Source of the DNA: a virus
IMG/VR virus record: IMGVR_UViG_3300046559_000436
Location: 1-64,000 of that record
DNA length: 64,000 nt
Reading direction: 5' to 3' (one strand)
Shown here: positions 1 to 9,203 of the stretch, in pieces
Layout of the letters: each line of letters starts with the position of its first letter
Numbering within the stretch: position 1 is the stretch's first letter
Made by a program: the position numbers and the translations under genes
Notes under the pieces: model-generated
What the model was told of the DNA's origin: nothing
Databases searched by the model: none
The model's input: the letters and a program-made list of their open reading frames with translations, nothing else

Positions 1-26
1 CCCGGGCTTTTTCTTTGTCTAAATAC

Positions 27-55
27 TTGACTGTGAGGAACGTTTCTGATAAGAT
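27..55 (+). promoter_or_regulatory. sigma70/HrdB-like promoter driving a leaderless mRNA
   Basis: TTGACT(27-32)-17 nt-TAAGAT(50-55); ATG at 62, 6 nt downstream, with no SD. Confidence 0.7.
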
Positions 56-61
56 AGACAG

Positions 62-400
62 ATGACAGAGGTAAAGCTCACCAAGCTTTCATTGGCCTCT
101 AGGCTCAAGAAGGCTGCGACAAATCTCTATGAGTTTCTGGAGAATCCGAAATCCGTCAGTCACCCTGACGCGTTTCTGTTGGCCACGGCTCATCTGATAG
201 ATGTCACCTCTGTTGAGCTGGAAGCGGAAGTAACTTCCTTGAAGCGCACGCTCGGTGGTCAGACCGCCAAGATCGCGCATCAAGGCGACGTAATCAAGAG
301 GCTGGAAACCGAGATCGCAGGGTTGAAGGCTACTCTCGACAAGGCTCGGAACGATAAGAGCCCGGCAGTAGGGATGGCATCAGGTTATGGTAGTCATTGA
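62..400 (+). CDS. hypothetical coiled-coil protein
   Basis: ORF directly after a promoter; heptad-like C-terminal half. Confidence 0.7.
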   Translation: MTEVKLTKLSLASRLKKAATNLYEFLENPKSVSHPDAFLLATAHLIDVTSVELEAEVTSLKRTLGGQTAKIAHQGDVIKRLETEIAGLKATLDKARNDKSPAVGMASGYGSH

Positions 401-899
401 GACGCCTCAGGTCGGCGACGTTGGTTTGGTCAGAGTCAAAGGACTGACCGGGTGGTTCATCGACCTCGGGCAGGAGTTGAACGGCTCCAAGGAAGTAGAC
501 GCCAAGTTCGAGCACGCTCTTATGTACACGGGCGACAGCGAGGCGCTGGAAGGTCAGCCTGGCGGTGCAGTCATCGACAGTCTCGCGGGTCGCTACGGAT
601 CTCGTGAGATTACCTGGGTCCGACCGCTGCCCGGCATTGACCAGGACCAGATGTCGGCGCTCGTGGCTGAGGCCACCAGGTTGGTGGGGACGAAATACTC
701 GTTCCTGGACTACGCGGCGTTGGCTATCAAGCGGTTCCACCTGCCCGTTCCGGGGGTTGAGAAGAGGGTCATCTCGACCAAGCACATGATCTGTTCTCAG
801 ATTATTGTCGAAGTCTACCGAAACTCGGGCGTGGCCAACCTGTTCCCGGGGAGGCCGTCTGGGTACGTCACTCCGGCTGACTACGCGGTGTTCAGATGA
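387..899 (+). CDS. permuted papain-like (NlpC/P60, YiiX/YebB-type) amidase
   Basis: GDVGLV...FEHALMYTG (His) precedes KY..ICSQII..Y (Cys), the permuted catalytic order. Confidence 0.7.
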   Translation: MVVIETPQVGDVGLVRVKGLTGWFIDLGQELNGSKEVDAKFEHALMYTGDSEALEGQPGGAVIDSLAGRYGSREITWVRPLPGIDQDQMSALVAEATRLVGTKYSFLDYAALAIKRFHLPVPGVEKRVISTKHMICSQIIVEVYRNSGVANLFPGRPSGYVTPADYAVFR

Positions 900-1033
900 A
901 AGCCCCCAACAGTAAATGGGACAAATTAAATCGGAAGTACCACCTGTACGATTGGTGGAAGAGCGTCATATTTCTGGGCGTTCTAGGCTTGATCGAACTG
1001 TACGTCGCGTTAACCCCAGGGGCTCATAGATAG
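896..1033 (+). CDS. small membrane protein (45 aa)
   Basis: ATGA overlap with the upstream stop; MKAPNSKWDKLNRKYHLYDWWKSVIFLGVLGLIELYVALTPGAHR; one hydrophobic segment; below the ORF-track cutoff. Confidence 0.5.
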   Translation: MKAPNSKWDKLNRKYHLYDWWKSVIFLGVLGLIELYVALTPGAHR

Positions 1034-1194
1034 TGCTTGTTCTGGCTTGGTTTCTGATCGTCTGTTTTCTAATCTCTTGCATCTCCTCGCTGGTGATGGT
1101 TGGGATGCTGATCTTCGAGGTCTGGGTCCGGTGGGTGGGACCGGCCTTTTGGGGGGCGTGGCGGTGGGTGGTAAAGATGTTTGGATCTCGATAG
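1033..1194 (+). CDS. small hydrophobic membrane protein
   Basis: GTG overlapping the previous TAG; VLVLAWFLIVCFLISCISSLVMVGMLIFEVW... Confidence 0.4.
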   Translation: MLVLAWFLIVCFLISCISSLVMVGMLIFEVWVRWVGPAFWGAWRWVVKMFGSR

Positions 1195-1381
1195 CTTGTT
1201 TGGTACTAACTGGGTGCGGGGTGGGCTTGAGTGTCAGCTTCTGGAGAGAGTGGCGCAGTGACAAGGAATTTCGTCAATCAGTTGCTCCAATCTGGAAGTC
1301 AAATCGAGATGCTAGGCATCGGACTGCTACTGATAGCCATCGGGTTGTTTCTCGTGGTAGTGGAGATGGCGAGGTCGAACC

Positions 1382-1744
1382 GTGAACGGTAGCTTGGCTG
1401 CTTCGGTCTGGCCGTGGGATGACGTTTGGGTGCTGACGATCCCAGTCAAGGCGGGAGACACCGTCTATCTTCACGGTAAGAGTCGACTCGTCTTGCAGGT
1501 TTCAGGGGACGGCCCGTACGTGGCGGCGGTGGATTACCCGCTGAGTGAGCCAGCTGTCATAGGGGCCACAGTCAGGGTCCGATGCGGCACTCATCCCATC
1601 GGTCTTCGTAAAGACGACGGTCAGTGTCTTGAATGTCTGGCCTCAGCGCCGTCGGCGATAAGATTCGTTGAAGTTCCGTGCCCAGGGACCACCTGCGTTC
1701 ACTACCTGTACGGGATGCAGCACAAGCATGAATTCGAGGTGTGA
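1382..1744 (+). CDS. hypothetical protein with Cys/His motifs
   Basis: ORF with GAGG upstream; CGTH..CLEC, CPGTTC..H. Confidence 0.55.
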   Translation: MNGSLAASVWPWDDVWVLTIPVKAGDTVYLHGKSRLVLQVSGDGPYVAAVDYPLSEPAVIGATVRVRCGTHPIGLRKDDGQCLECLASAPSAIRFVEVPCPGTTCVHYLYGMQHKHEFEV

Positions 1745-1747
1745 CGA

Positions 1748-2011
1748 ATGATCAGCCAATGGTGGTCCCTGATCCCTCCGACGGTGTTTGCTGTCGGTGG
1801 CATCCTTAAGGACCGAGGCAAGAAGTGGGAGCCGCCGGGATTTACCATCCTGTCCATGTCAGGTCTCGGGTGGATGGTGTACGGTATCCTACGGAACGAA
1901 GTGACTGTTTGGGTGGTGGGGGCACTGATTGCCTCGGCGTATTGTCTCAAGCTCACTGAATTGGCCAGGGGATCGGCGACTGGTAAACTTGACGAGGAAG
2001 ATAAAGCCTAA
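1748..2011 (+). CDS. small 3-TM membrane protein
   Basis: Three hydrophobic segments; WMVYGIL weakly resembles PQ-loop/SemiSWEET. Confidence 0.55.
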   Translation: MISQWWSLIPPTVFAVGGILKDRGKKWEPPGFTILSMSGLGWMVYGILRNEVTVWVVGALIASAYCLKLTELARGSATGKLDEEDKA

Positions 2012-2025
2012 CGTCAGGAGTAGGG

Positions 2026-2310
2026 ATGAACCAGATCGTCGAAGAGATCCAGGCCGTAGTGGACCGCCTGCACTCGGAGGGTCACACCGTGGCCACCCGC
2101 CTGGAGAACGCTCTGCACGGTCTGAAGAAGCACCTGACCAAGGACAAGGCCGTGGATGTCGCTGAGGTCGAAGCTGACGTCAAGCAGATCGAAACGGACG
2201 CCGCTCCTGTCGAGGCTGAGATCAAGGCCGACACTGCGCAGATGGCCGCCAAGGTCAAGGGTCAGGTCGAGGCTGATCTGGCCGAGGCCACCGACGTCGT
2301 CAAGAAGTAG
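2026..2310 (+). CDS. hypothetical alpha-helical protein
   Basis: AGGAG SD; strongly biased codons. Confidence 0.75.
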   Translation: MNQIVEEIQAVVDRLHSEGHTVATRLENALHGLKKHLTKDKAVDVAEVEADVKQIETDAAPVEAEIKADTAQMAAKVKGQVEADLAEATDVVKK

Positions 2311-2373
2311 CGCACCTCTGATGGCCCGGATGCCGTAATCGGCTCCGGGCTATCGTGTATCTAGGACGATGTC

Positions 2374-3849
2374 GTGAATTCTCCGTTTCTGTCAAACAGT
2401 CCTCTCCTGGAAGCTAAGCTACATCAGCTGGAAGAGCTTCGAAAGCTCAAGGAAGAACTAGACTTCCTTTCCACCATCCCGAACCAGATCAATCGGGAAT
2501 ACGCCCCGACCGCTCGACCAGCCCAGTACCCGCCGGACGACCCCCGCCATCTTTGTTCGACCTGCGAAGATGCGGAGGGGATTGATCCGTTGTGGAACAT
2601 CTGGCTGCTCCTGGCCGGTCGTGGGTTCGGTAAGACCTTCGTCGGGGCCAGCTGGACCGTGCATAACGCGCTGGCTATCCCGAATTCTGAGTGGCTGGTT
2701 ACGGCTCCCACATTCAGAGATGTTCAGAGAACGTGCTTCGAGGGCGACTCCGGCATCCTCAAGCGGTTCAACGAAGGGGAGATGAAGCAGTATCTCCGAA
2801 ATGAACTGCTGATCAAGCTGTCCAACGGCAGTAAGATTCACGGAGTGTCGGCCGATGAACCGGAGCGAGCCCGAGGGATGAACCTGTGGGGGGCTTGGGC
2901 CGACGAGATCGGATCGTGGAGACGACCGGAGATCTGGTACGAGGGCATCATCCCGGCCATCCGCAAGGGTGAGCACCCTCGGGTAGTGGTCACCACGACC
3001 CCACGACCTACAGCGCTGATCAAGGACCTGTACAGTCGAAGAGACGGAACTGTTCATCTGACTCGCGGTTCCACCTTCGACAACCAACAGCACCTGTCGG
3101 CGATAGCTCTTGCCGAACTTAAGCGCCGATATGATGGAACCAGGCTCGGCCAGCAGGAACTATACGGTGCTCTTCTTGAGGACATCGAAGGTGCGCTGTT
3201 CCGGCGTGACTTGATCGACAACGCTCGAATCACCAGGGACGAGGTCCCTGCGGACTTGGTTCAGTTGGTGGTAGCGGTTGACCCGGCTGTGACCAGCGAC
3301 GAGACCAGCGACCTCACCGGCATCGTGGTGGTGGGGTGCGACGAGAAGGGACACGGTTACGTCCTAGCGGATCGGTCCATGAAGGGCACCCCCGATCAGT
3401 GCATGAGGGAGGCGGCCAGAACCTACCACGAGTTCCATGCTGACACCATCGTCGCAGAGGTGAACAACGGCGGGGACTACATCGGGTCCGTTCTGAAGCA
3501 TGTTGATCCTTTTGTACCAATCAAGGTTGTTCGAGCGTCTCGCGGCAAGGAGATCCGGGCGGAGCCGACTGCGGCTCTGTACGAACAGGGTCGAATCCAC
3601 CACGTCGGAATGTTCGCCAACCTCGAAGACGAGATGTGCGACTGGATTCCCGGAGTTACCAAGAAATCGCCCGACCGCGTGGACGCGCTGGTGTGGGCCG
3701 TAAGCGGCCTGAACGGGTTGAGCGGGGGTGGGTGGGCCAGCGCGTACGGAGTGGTCTACTGCGACGCGTGCGAAAAGCCGTTCGTGTTGAAGATCAACCC
3801 AGAAACATGCCCCAAGTGTTCGGCTCCGCACAGGTACGAAGCTGCTTAG
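2374..3849 (+). CDS. terL: terminase large subunit
   Basis: Walker A AGRGFGKT, Walker B WADE, TTTPRP, RNaseH-like nuclease (VAVDPA, SDLTG, AEVNNGG, PDRVDA); C-terminal CDAC..CPKC Zn ribbon. Confidence 0.95.
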   Translation: MNSPFLSNSPLLEAKLHQLEELRKLKEELDFLSTIPNQINREYAPTARPAQYPPDDPRHLCSTCEDAEGIDPLWNIWLLLAGRGFGKTFVGASWTVHNALAIPNSEWLVTAPTFRDVQRTCFEGDSGILKRFNEGEMKQYLRNELLIKLSNGSKIHGVSADEPERARGMNLWGAWADEIGSWRRPEIWYEGIIPAIRKGEHPRVVVTTTPRPTALIKDLYSRRDGTVHLTRGSTFDNQQHLSAIALAELKRRYDGTRLGQQELYGALLEDIEGALFRRDLIDNARITRDEVPADLVQLVVAVDPAVTSDETSDLTGIVVVGCDEKGHGYVLADRSMKGTPDQCMREAARTYHEFHADTIVAEVNNGGDYIGSVLKHVDPFVPIKVVRASRGKEIRAEPTAALYEQGRIHHVGMFANLEDEMCDWIPGVTKKSPDRVDALVWAVSGLNGLSGGGWASAYGVVYCDACEKPFVLKINPETCPKCSAPHRYEAA

Positions 3850-3851
3850 AG

Positions 3852-3881
3852 TTGTCGGATAGTCACTGTTAGTGGTAGGAT
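3852..3881 (+). promoter_or_regulatory. promoter for a leaderless transcript
   Basis: TTGTCG-18-TAGGAT; ATG at 3888. Confidence 0.5.
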
Positions 3882-3887
3882 TGTGCT

Positions 3888-4154
3888 ATGAACAACAAGA
3901 CTGCAGCGGTTCCTCACGGAGACAACGGCACGTTCTATGGAACCCCGAGAAACTTGCCGTTCGTCTTTCTGTGCCAGGCTGACGTCAACTTCTGCGGTAG
4001 GAAGTGGATCGTCAACACTGAGAAGCAGTACGAAGAGGCTGTCAAGGCCCGCCAGACTCACGAGGTTCTATGTTCCGCCCGGGTCGCGTCTGCCGGGATC
4101 TTCACGGCTCTTGGGGAAGCTGAACACTCTGGACTGTTGGTGGCCAAGAGATGA
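3888..4154 (+). CDS. hypothetical protein
   Basis: Leaderless ATG; coupled to the next ORF. Confidence 0.6.
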   Translation: MNNKTAAVPHGDNGTFYGTPRNLPFVFLCQADVNFCGRKWIVNTEKQYEEAVKARQTHEVLCSARVASAGIFTALGEAEHSGLLVAKR

Positions 4155-4492
4155 ACCTGAGAGATATGGCCCGAATCGGGGTCATCAATCTGGAGGAAGG
4201 AACCGGACTTCCTCTGAGAGACGTGCCGGTGGGGACCCGCGATCAGTATTGCGCCATGGTCAGGGACACCTTCAAGAGCATGGACGTCGATCTGGGTGAA
4301 AAAGAACAAGCCAATGCCGCGTTCATCGGAGCCCACGTCGCCATGAGCACGATGATGACCCAGGGACCTGCGTCTCTGATGTCGATGAGCCACCTTCTTC
4401 GGTACTTGATGGACAGAGCGGACGGTGGCGAAACCAAAGTGTCCAGATGGACTAGACTCAAGATAAGGCTGGCAAATTGGCTGACATCCTAG
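4151..4492 (+). CDS. hypothetical protein
   Basis: ATGA overlap with the upstream gene. Confidence 0.65.
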   Translation: MNLRDMARIGVINLEEGTGLPLRDVPVGTRDQYCAMVRDTFKSMDVDLGEKEQANAAFIGAHVAMSTMMTQGPASLMSMSHLLRYLMDRADGGETKVSRWTRLKIRLANWLTS

Positions 4493-4719
4493 ACGGCGCG
4501 ACCCAGTGTCAGTTTTGCGCCGGTATCCACGACGTAGTGAGGGACCTGCCCAAGTGGCAGCAGCCGTGCCCTAGAATCAAGAAGATCGAGTTCTACGAGA
4601 ACGGATTCCCGAGTTCCATTGAGTTCTGGCGCAGCTCGATGAACTGGGAAGAGCACATCGTGTTCCCCAGGAGCTTGGTTGAAGACGAGGAGACCGAGGA
4701 TGCCGCTCAAGGCTCTTGA
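4477..4719 (+). CDS. hypothetical protein (CQFCAGIH motif)
   Basis: Overlapping tandem ORF. Confidence 0.55.
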   Translation: MADILDGATQCQFCAGIHDVVRDLPKWQQPCPRIKKIEFYENGFPSSIEFWRSSMNWEEHIVFPRSLVEDEETEDAAQGS

Positions 4720-4948
4720 CGACTACAAGTTCAAGACGTCCAAGTTGATTAATCCGGTCACCCGGAGTGAGATCATACTGAGCCCTCCTTTCGGGTACGA
4801 CACCGACGACGAACTGAGAAAGTTCATGGATCTGGTGGGGCAATATTGCACGCTGGCGTGGCGTCTTGGTGTAATCGACGTAAAGGAGATCGCGTCCCAG
4901 TCATGGGTGAACGACTGGTACGGAACCCGGAGCTTCGAAGGTAAGTAA
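4700..4948 (+). CDS. hypothetical protein
   Basis: GGAG SD before ATG 4700. Confidence 0.6.
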   Translation: MPLKALDDYKFKTSKLINPVTRSEIILSPPFGYDTDDELRKFMDLVGQYCTLAWRLGVIDVKEIASQSWVNDWYGTRSFEGK

Positions 4949-4970
4949 TACCGATCGGGCGGCAAACTTA

Positions 4971-5348
4971 ATGGGATTTCTCCCGAACCTGGCCAGCTTG
5001 ACCGCTGCTGTTGGTTCTCAGCTGAACGTGACCTACGTTCTGCACAACGACGACGACACCCTGATGAACATAACGAACAAGACGTTCGAATTCTCCATCA
5101 GGACGGACCCAGGTCAGCTCTCCGCAACACCCCCTCTGGTAAGCGTCAATAGCACGGCAAGCACGGCCAGTGGTACGATTGCGGTAACCACCAACACCTC
5201 CACAGTCGCAGTGTCAGTCAGCGCAGCCGCTATGAACACTCTGACTCAACGTCAGTATTTCTACACGCTGTGGATGGACCAGGGACAGAACGACGCTACC
5301 GCGATGGTGTCCGGGGTGTTGTTTGTGCAGTTCACTTCAGTCCCTTAG
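4971..5348 (+). CDS. virion structural protein (BppU-N-like beta sandwich, possible fibre adaptor)
   Basis: Thr/Ser-rich beta pattern ending YFYTLWM..SGVLFV; precedes the fibre gene. Confidence 0.5.
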   Translation: MGFLPNLASLTAAVGSQLNVTYVLHNDDDTLMNITNKTFEFSIRTDPGQLSATPPLVSVNSTASTASGTIAVTTNTSTVAVSVSAAAMNTLTQRQYFYTLWMDQGQNDATAMVSGVLFVQFTSVP

Positions 5349-5358
5349 GGGGAACTCT

Positions 5359-8300
5359 GTGGCCAACGTGTACATCACCAGCCCAGGGACTTCCGGTCCT
5401 CGAGGGAACGGTTGGCTGACCGGCATTGGGGCACCACTAAACTCGGTCGGGTTCGACGGTGACCTTTATCTGGATACCACTAACACTGGTATCTTCTACG
5501 GTCCTAAGGCCAACGGGGCGTGGGGCTCCCCCAATCAGTTCACAATCCTGAAGTCGAATACCACAGCCACTACCAATCCGCATGTCACGGACGACAGCAG
5601 CCTTGGTTACGTAGACGGTTCTTTCTGGATTAACAATGCCTCTGTGCCGCCGACCTACTTCGTGGCTTCATCCGTTGCCGTCGGAAACGCAGTGTGGACC
5701 CCCGTTTTGCCAGTCGGGACCACTGCGGGAACCGTAGCGGCGGGTAACGATTCCAGGGTCGTCGGAGCGGCTCAGAAGGCCGCCAATCTCTCCGACCTGT
5801 TCGATGCTCCTACCGCCCGAAATAACTTGGGCTTGGGATCTGCCGCAACAGAGAATGTCGGAACTACGGCGGGGACAGTTGCGGCCGGTGATGACTCCCG
5901 GATCACGGGGGCTGCGCAGAAGTCGGCCAACCTCTCCGATCTCGCCGACGCGCCGACGTCTCGAACCAACCTAGGTCTGGGGACGTCAGCCACAGAGAAC
6001 GTCGGAACTGCGGCCGGTACCGTAGCAGCTGGGAACGACTCTCGGATCACGGGGGCCATCCAGACCGGCCAGGCTGCAGCCGGTGATCTGGCCGGAACCT
6101 ACCCGAATCCGACTGTTGTAATCACTCACCTTTCCGCGCCGCTCCCGATTGGTCAGGGGGGGACCGGTTCGTCCACACAGAACTTCGTTGACCTGACCGG
6201 TGGTCAGAATATCGGCGGCGTCAAGAACTTCACGTCGTCGCCAACAGTCCCCACGCCCTCAGGGGCCACGGACGTGGTCAACAAGTCTTACGCGGATTCC
6301 ATTGCCTCAGGTCTGTCGGTCAAGACCTCCAGCGTCGCGGCTACCGCGTCAGCGTTGCCGTCCAACACGTACAACAACGGAGCCAGTGGTGTCGGCGCGA
6401 CTCTGACAGCCACATCGACCGGAACGCTCACCGTGGACGGCCATCTAACCGTTCTTAACGATTTGATCCTCGTTAAGAACGAGGCAGCCCCGGCCAACAA
6501 CGGCACCTATAAGGTGACCACAGCGGGCGCGGTGGGCGTGGCGTACGTGCTGACTCGAACCACCGACATGGACCAGGCAGCTGAGGTCCCAGGGGCTTTT
6601 ACCTTTGTCACCAGTGGATCTACCAACACCAGCACCGGTTGGATCGTCTTTGGTGCGGGCCCGTACGTAGTCGGTACCACGGCGATAAACTGGACGCTGT
6701 TCTCTAACGCGTCGACGATCTCCGTCGGAACCGGCCTTACGCAGGTCGGAACCGTCATCAGCCTGACGGTTCCGGTGTCCGCAGGTAACCTGCCTTCGGC
6801 CACCACCAGTGCCTTCGGGATCGTGGAGATCGACGGCACTGCGAGCGATATCCAGCCGCTGGGTTCTCAGGCAGCTGGAGCAACGGGCAAGGTCGCCGAC
6901 GCCGGACACGTTCACCCCACAACCGGCGTGACGCTCCATTCCGAAGCTGCAACGACCGTAGTCACTGAGACCGGATACGGGCAGTCGAGCACTACGGGCG
7001 CAGCGCTAACCTACGCTCGTGAAGACCACACCCACGGCAGCCCGTCGTTGACAACCAACCCCCCGTCTACTGTGGAGACGATCGGGATTGGTGGGGTGCT
7101 GGGTGCGGCCACGACCCCAGCCCGAGCTGACCACGTCCACCCGATGGCAGCCGCCGGGGCTCCGCACTCGTCTGCGGTCGGTGACGCTCAGTCCACGGGG
7201 GTGTCCAGCAATCCGGCGGCCAGTGACCACATCCACGCTCGTGAGGCTTTCGGCGGCCCGACGTCCGAGACCACCTATGGCCTGACGCCCAACGGCGGAG
7301 CGGCAACGTCGGTCTCCCATTCCGATCACACACATGGCACTCCGTCCCTCACCACTTCGGCTCCGGCCACTACCGAGGCTATCGGAACTGCGGCCTCTCT
7401 AGGAGTGGCGGTCACCCCCGCGCTGGCCGATCATGTGCACCCGATGGCCTCTGCCGGTCTGCCAACAGTGTCTTCAGTAGGCGACACGGCGACCACAGGC
7501 GTGGCCATCACGTTCTCGGCGTCCAACCACGTTCACGGCCGGGAGAGTTTTGGGGCGGTCACCCCGCTGGCTTCTTTCGGGACGGCGTCTGCCAACGGCA
7601 CTGCCACCAGTACGTCCCACTCCGACCACGTGCACGGCGCTCCCGCTCTGCCCATTGCGTCAGCCGGTACGCAGGGCGTCGTACAGTTGACACACGACCT
7701 GGGCGGCACGTCCGCGTCACCCAACGTGGTTGGTATTACGGGCGTGCCGGTATCCGGAACACCGGCCTTCGGTCAAGGCATCTTCGCTTCGTCCGGGTCT
7801 GCCGCAGCCTGGCAGATCAACCCCTACCTATTCGGAGACACTGGCGTAGCTAACGGTGGCGTGATCGCGGCCAATGCCGGGCACCCAACGCAGTTCAACA
7901 TCAGTGCTGGTGTGGGATACGTCGTAGACAACGTGACCAACCCGGCAGCTCCCACGGTCACACGAGTTACTATCAACGCACAGACGATTGACCTGACCAC
8001 CTTCGTCGCTTCTCCTGCGCCGACCACGCGCACAACCAACTGGTGGATGGTCAACACCTCAGGAACAGTTATTGTTCAAGCCACGCTGCCGACCAACGTG
8101 CAGCGTCGAACGAATCTGGTTCTAGGTGTCACCGGCTCTGTTGTCAGCACCGGAGTCCTATTCAATATCCAGCCGGTTCTGACTGTCCAGTCTCAGCCCA
8201 TGAACCAGTTGTATGACCTGATGGATGCGCTCGGCCCATTTAATGAGGTCGGTAACGTGATAAGCCCCAACGGCGCTACTCTGTCGTTCAACAAGAGCGC

Positions 8301-8757
8301 GGGCACTTGCTTCGACATGTCGTTCAATTCAGGCATCAACCTGAATGATCCGCACATTACCACCAACCCGGCTGAAACTCCCACATCCTTCCGTAACTCC
8401 ACCCAGCTGGCGGGGTCTCAAGGCTCGTTGGTTACCCTGGTTGATGTGACACACTACGATGTTGGTGGTGTGGTCACTCTGGTTCCTGGTGGGGGCGCCA
8501 CAACCACCATTCAGAGGGTGTGGCTATTCGGCACACAGGTGGCCACCGCTCAGGTTGCTATTCAGTACGGACAAGCTTCCTACGGATCTTTGGCAAATGC
8601 CAAGGCGGCCCTTGGTTTGGAGACCTACGTGGTGAACCCGGACTACACCGGGATTGCCATCTTGTTGGGTTGGATTGGTGTCACCAAGTCCTGCACCAGC
8701 CTGGCTGACACCGCCAACTGCTTCCTCGTTCAGGCCCCCAAGTTTGCCGTTCCGTAA
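5359..8757 (+). CDS. long fibre protein
   Basis: G.DGDLYLD N-terminus, three GTxAGTVAAGxDSR repeats, NLSDL..ARxNLGLG repeats, eight xHxH fibre motifs; Thr/Ala/Gly-rich. Confidence 0.85.
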   Translation: MANVYITSPGTSGPRGNGWLTGIGAPLNSVGFDGDLYLDTTNTGIFYGPKANGAWGSPNQFTILKSNTTATTNPHVTDDSSLGYVDGSFWINNASVPPTYFVASSVAVGNAVWTPVLPVGTTAGTVAAGNDSRVVGAAQKAANLSDLFDAPTARNNLGLGSAATENVGTTAGTVAAGDDSRITGAAQKSANLSDLADAPTSRTNLGLGTSATENVGTAAGTVAAGNDSRITGAIQTGQAAAGDLAGTYPNPTVVITHLSAPLPIGQGGTGSSTQNFVDLTGGQNIGGVKNFTSSPTVPTPSGATDVVNKSYADSIASGLSVKTSSVAATASALPSNTYNNGASGVGATLTATSTGTLTVDGHLTVLNDLILVKNEAAPANNGTYKVTTAGAVGVAYVLTRTTDMDQAAEVPGAFTFVTSGSTNTSTGWIVFGAGPYVVGTTAINWTLFSNASTISVGTGLTQVGTVISLTVPVSAGNLPSATTSAFGIVEIDGTASDIQPLGSQAAGATGKVADAGHVHPTTGVTLHSEAATTVVTETGYGQSSTTGAALTYAREDHTHGSPSLTTNPPSTVETIGIGGVLGAATTPARADHVHPMAAAGAPHSSAVGDAQSTGVSSNPAASDHIHAREAFGGPTSETTYGLTPNGGAATSVSHSDHTHGTPSLTTSAPATTEAIGTAASLGVAVTPALADHVHPMASAGLPTVSSVGDTATTGVAITFSASNHVHGRESFGAVTPLASFGTASANGTATSTSHSDHVHGAPALPIASAGTQGVVQLTHDLGGTSASPNVVGITGVPVSGTPAFGQGIFASSGSAAAWQINPYLFGDTGVANGGVIAANAGHPTQFNISAGVGYVVDNVTNPAAPTVTRVTINAQTIDLTTFVASPAPTTRTTNWWMVNTSGTVIVQATLPTNVQRRTNLVLGVTGSVVSTGVLFNIQPVLTVQSQPMNQLYDLMDALGPFNEVGNVISPNGATLSFNKSAGTCFDMSFNSGINLNDPHITTNPAETPTSFRNSTQLAGSQGSLVTLVDVTHYDVGGVVTLVPGGGATTTIQRVWLFGTQVATAQVAIQYGQASYGSLANAKAALGLETYVVNPDYTGIAILLGWIGVTKSCTSLADTANCFLVQAPKFAVP

Positions 8758-8772
8758 AAAGGAGAAACAGGC

Positions 8773-9117
8773 ATGACTGTTGTTACGGCTATCGCCCAGC
8801 AGGCACACACCGCCGCTCTTCAGCTGTCCAACCAGGACTTCACGAAGATCGTCGACACAGTAAACTTCACTGTTCTGTCGACGGCCACCATCTCCATCAA
8901 CATCTACGCCCTGAATCTTCAGACAGACGTCACCGAAATACAGCTGTTGGTGGACGATGTCATCTTGTACGATGGAGAGGCTCTGCCTTCTCTGACCGTC
9001 AATAAGGTGGTCGCGGCGGGCAACCACTCCATTGACGTCCAAGCGATATGTTTCAATCCCAACGCCACCGCTACCATCCGAGGCATCACAGTCCTCAACC
9101 TGACCACCGGGATCTGA
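8773..9117 (+). CDS. hypothetical structural protein
   Basis: AGGAG SD; beta-rich. Confidence 0.6.
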   Translation: MTVVTAIAQQAHTAALQLSNQDFTKIVDTVNFTVLSTATISINIYALNLQTDVTEIQLLVDDVILYDGEALPSLTVNKVVAAGNHSIDVQAICFNPNATATIRGITVLNLTTGI

Positions 9118-9203
9118 TCTGAACTAGATCATGGGGCTGTTTTGTAGTAAAATTAAAGCTCAACCTCTTGCGGAGCAAGGGGGTTAAGGCCGGAGGCCAA
9201 GAG

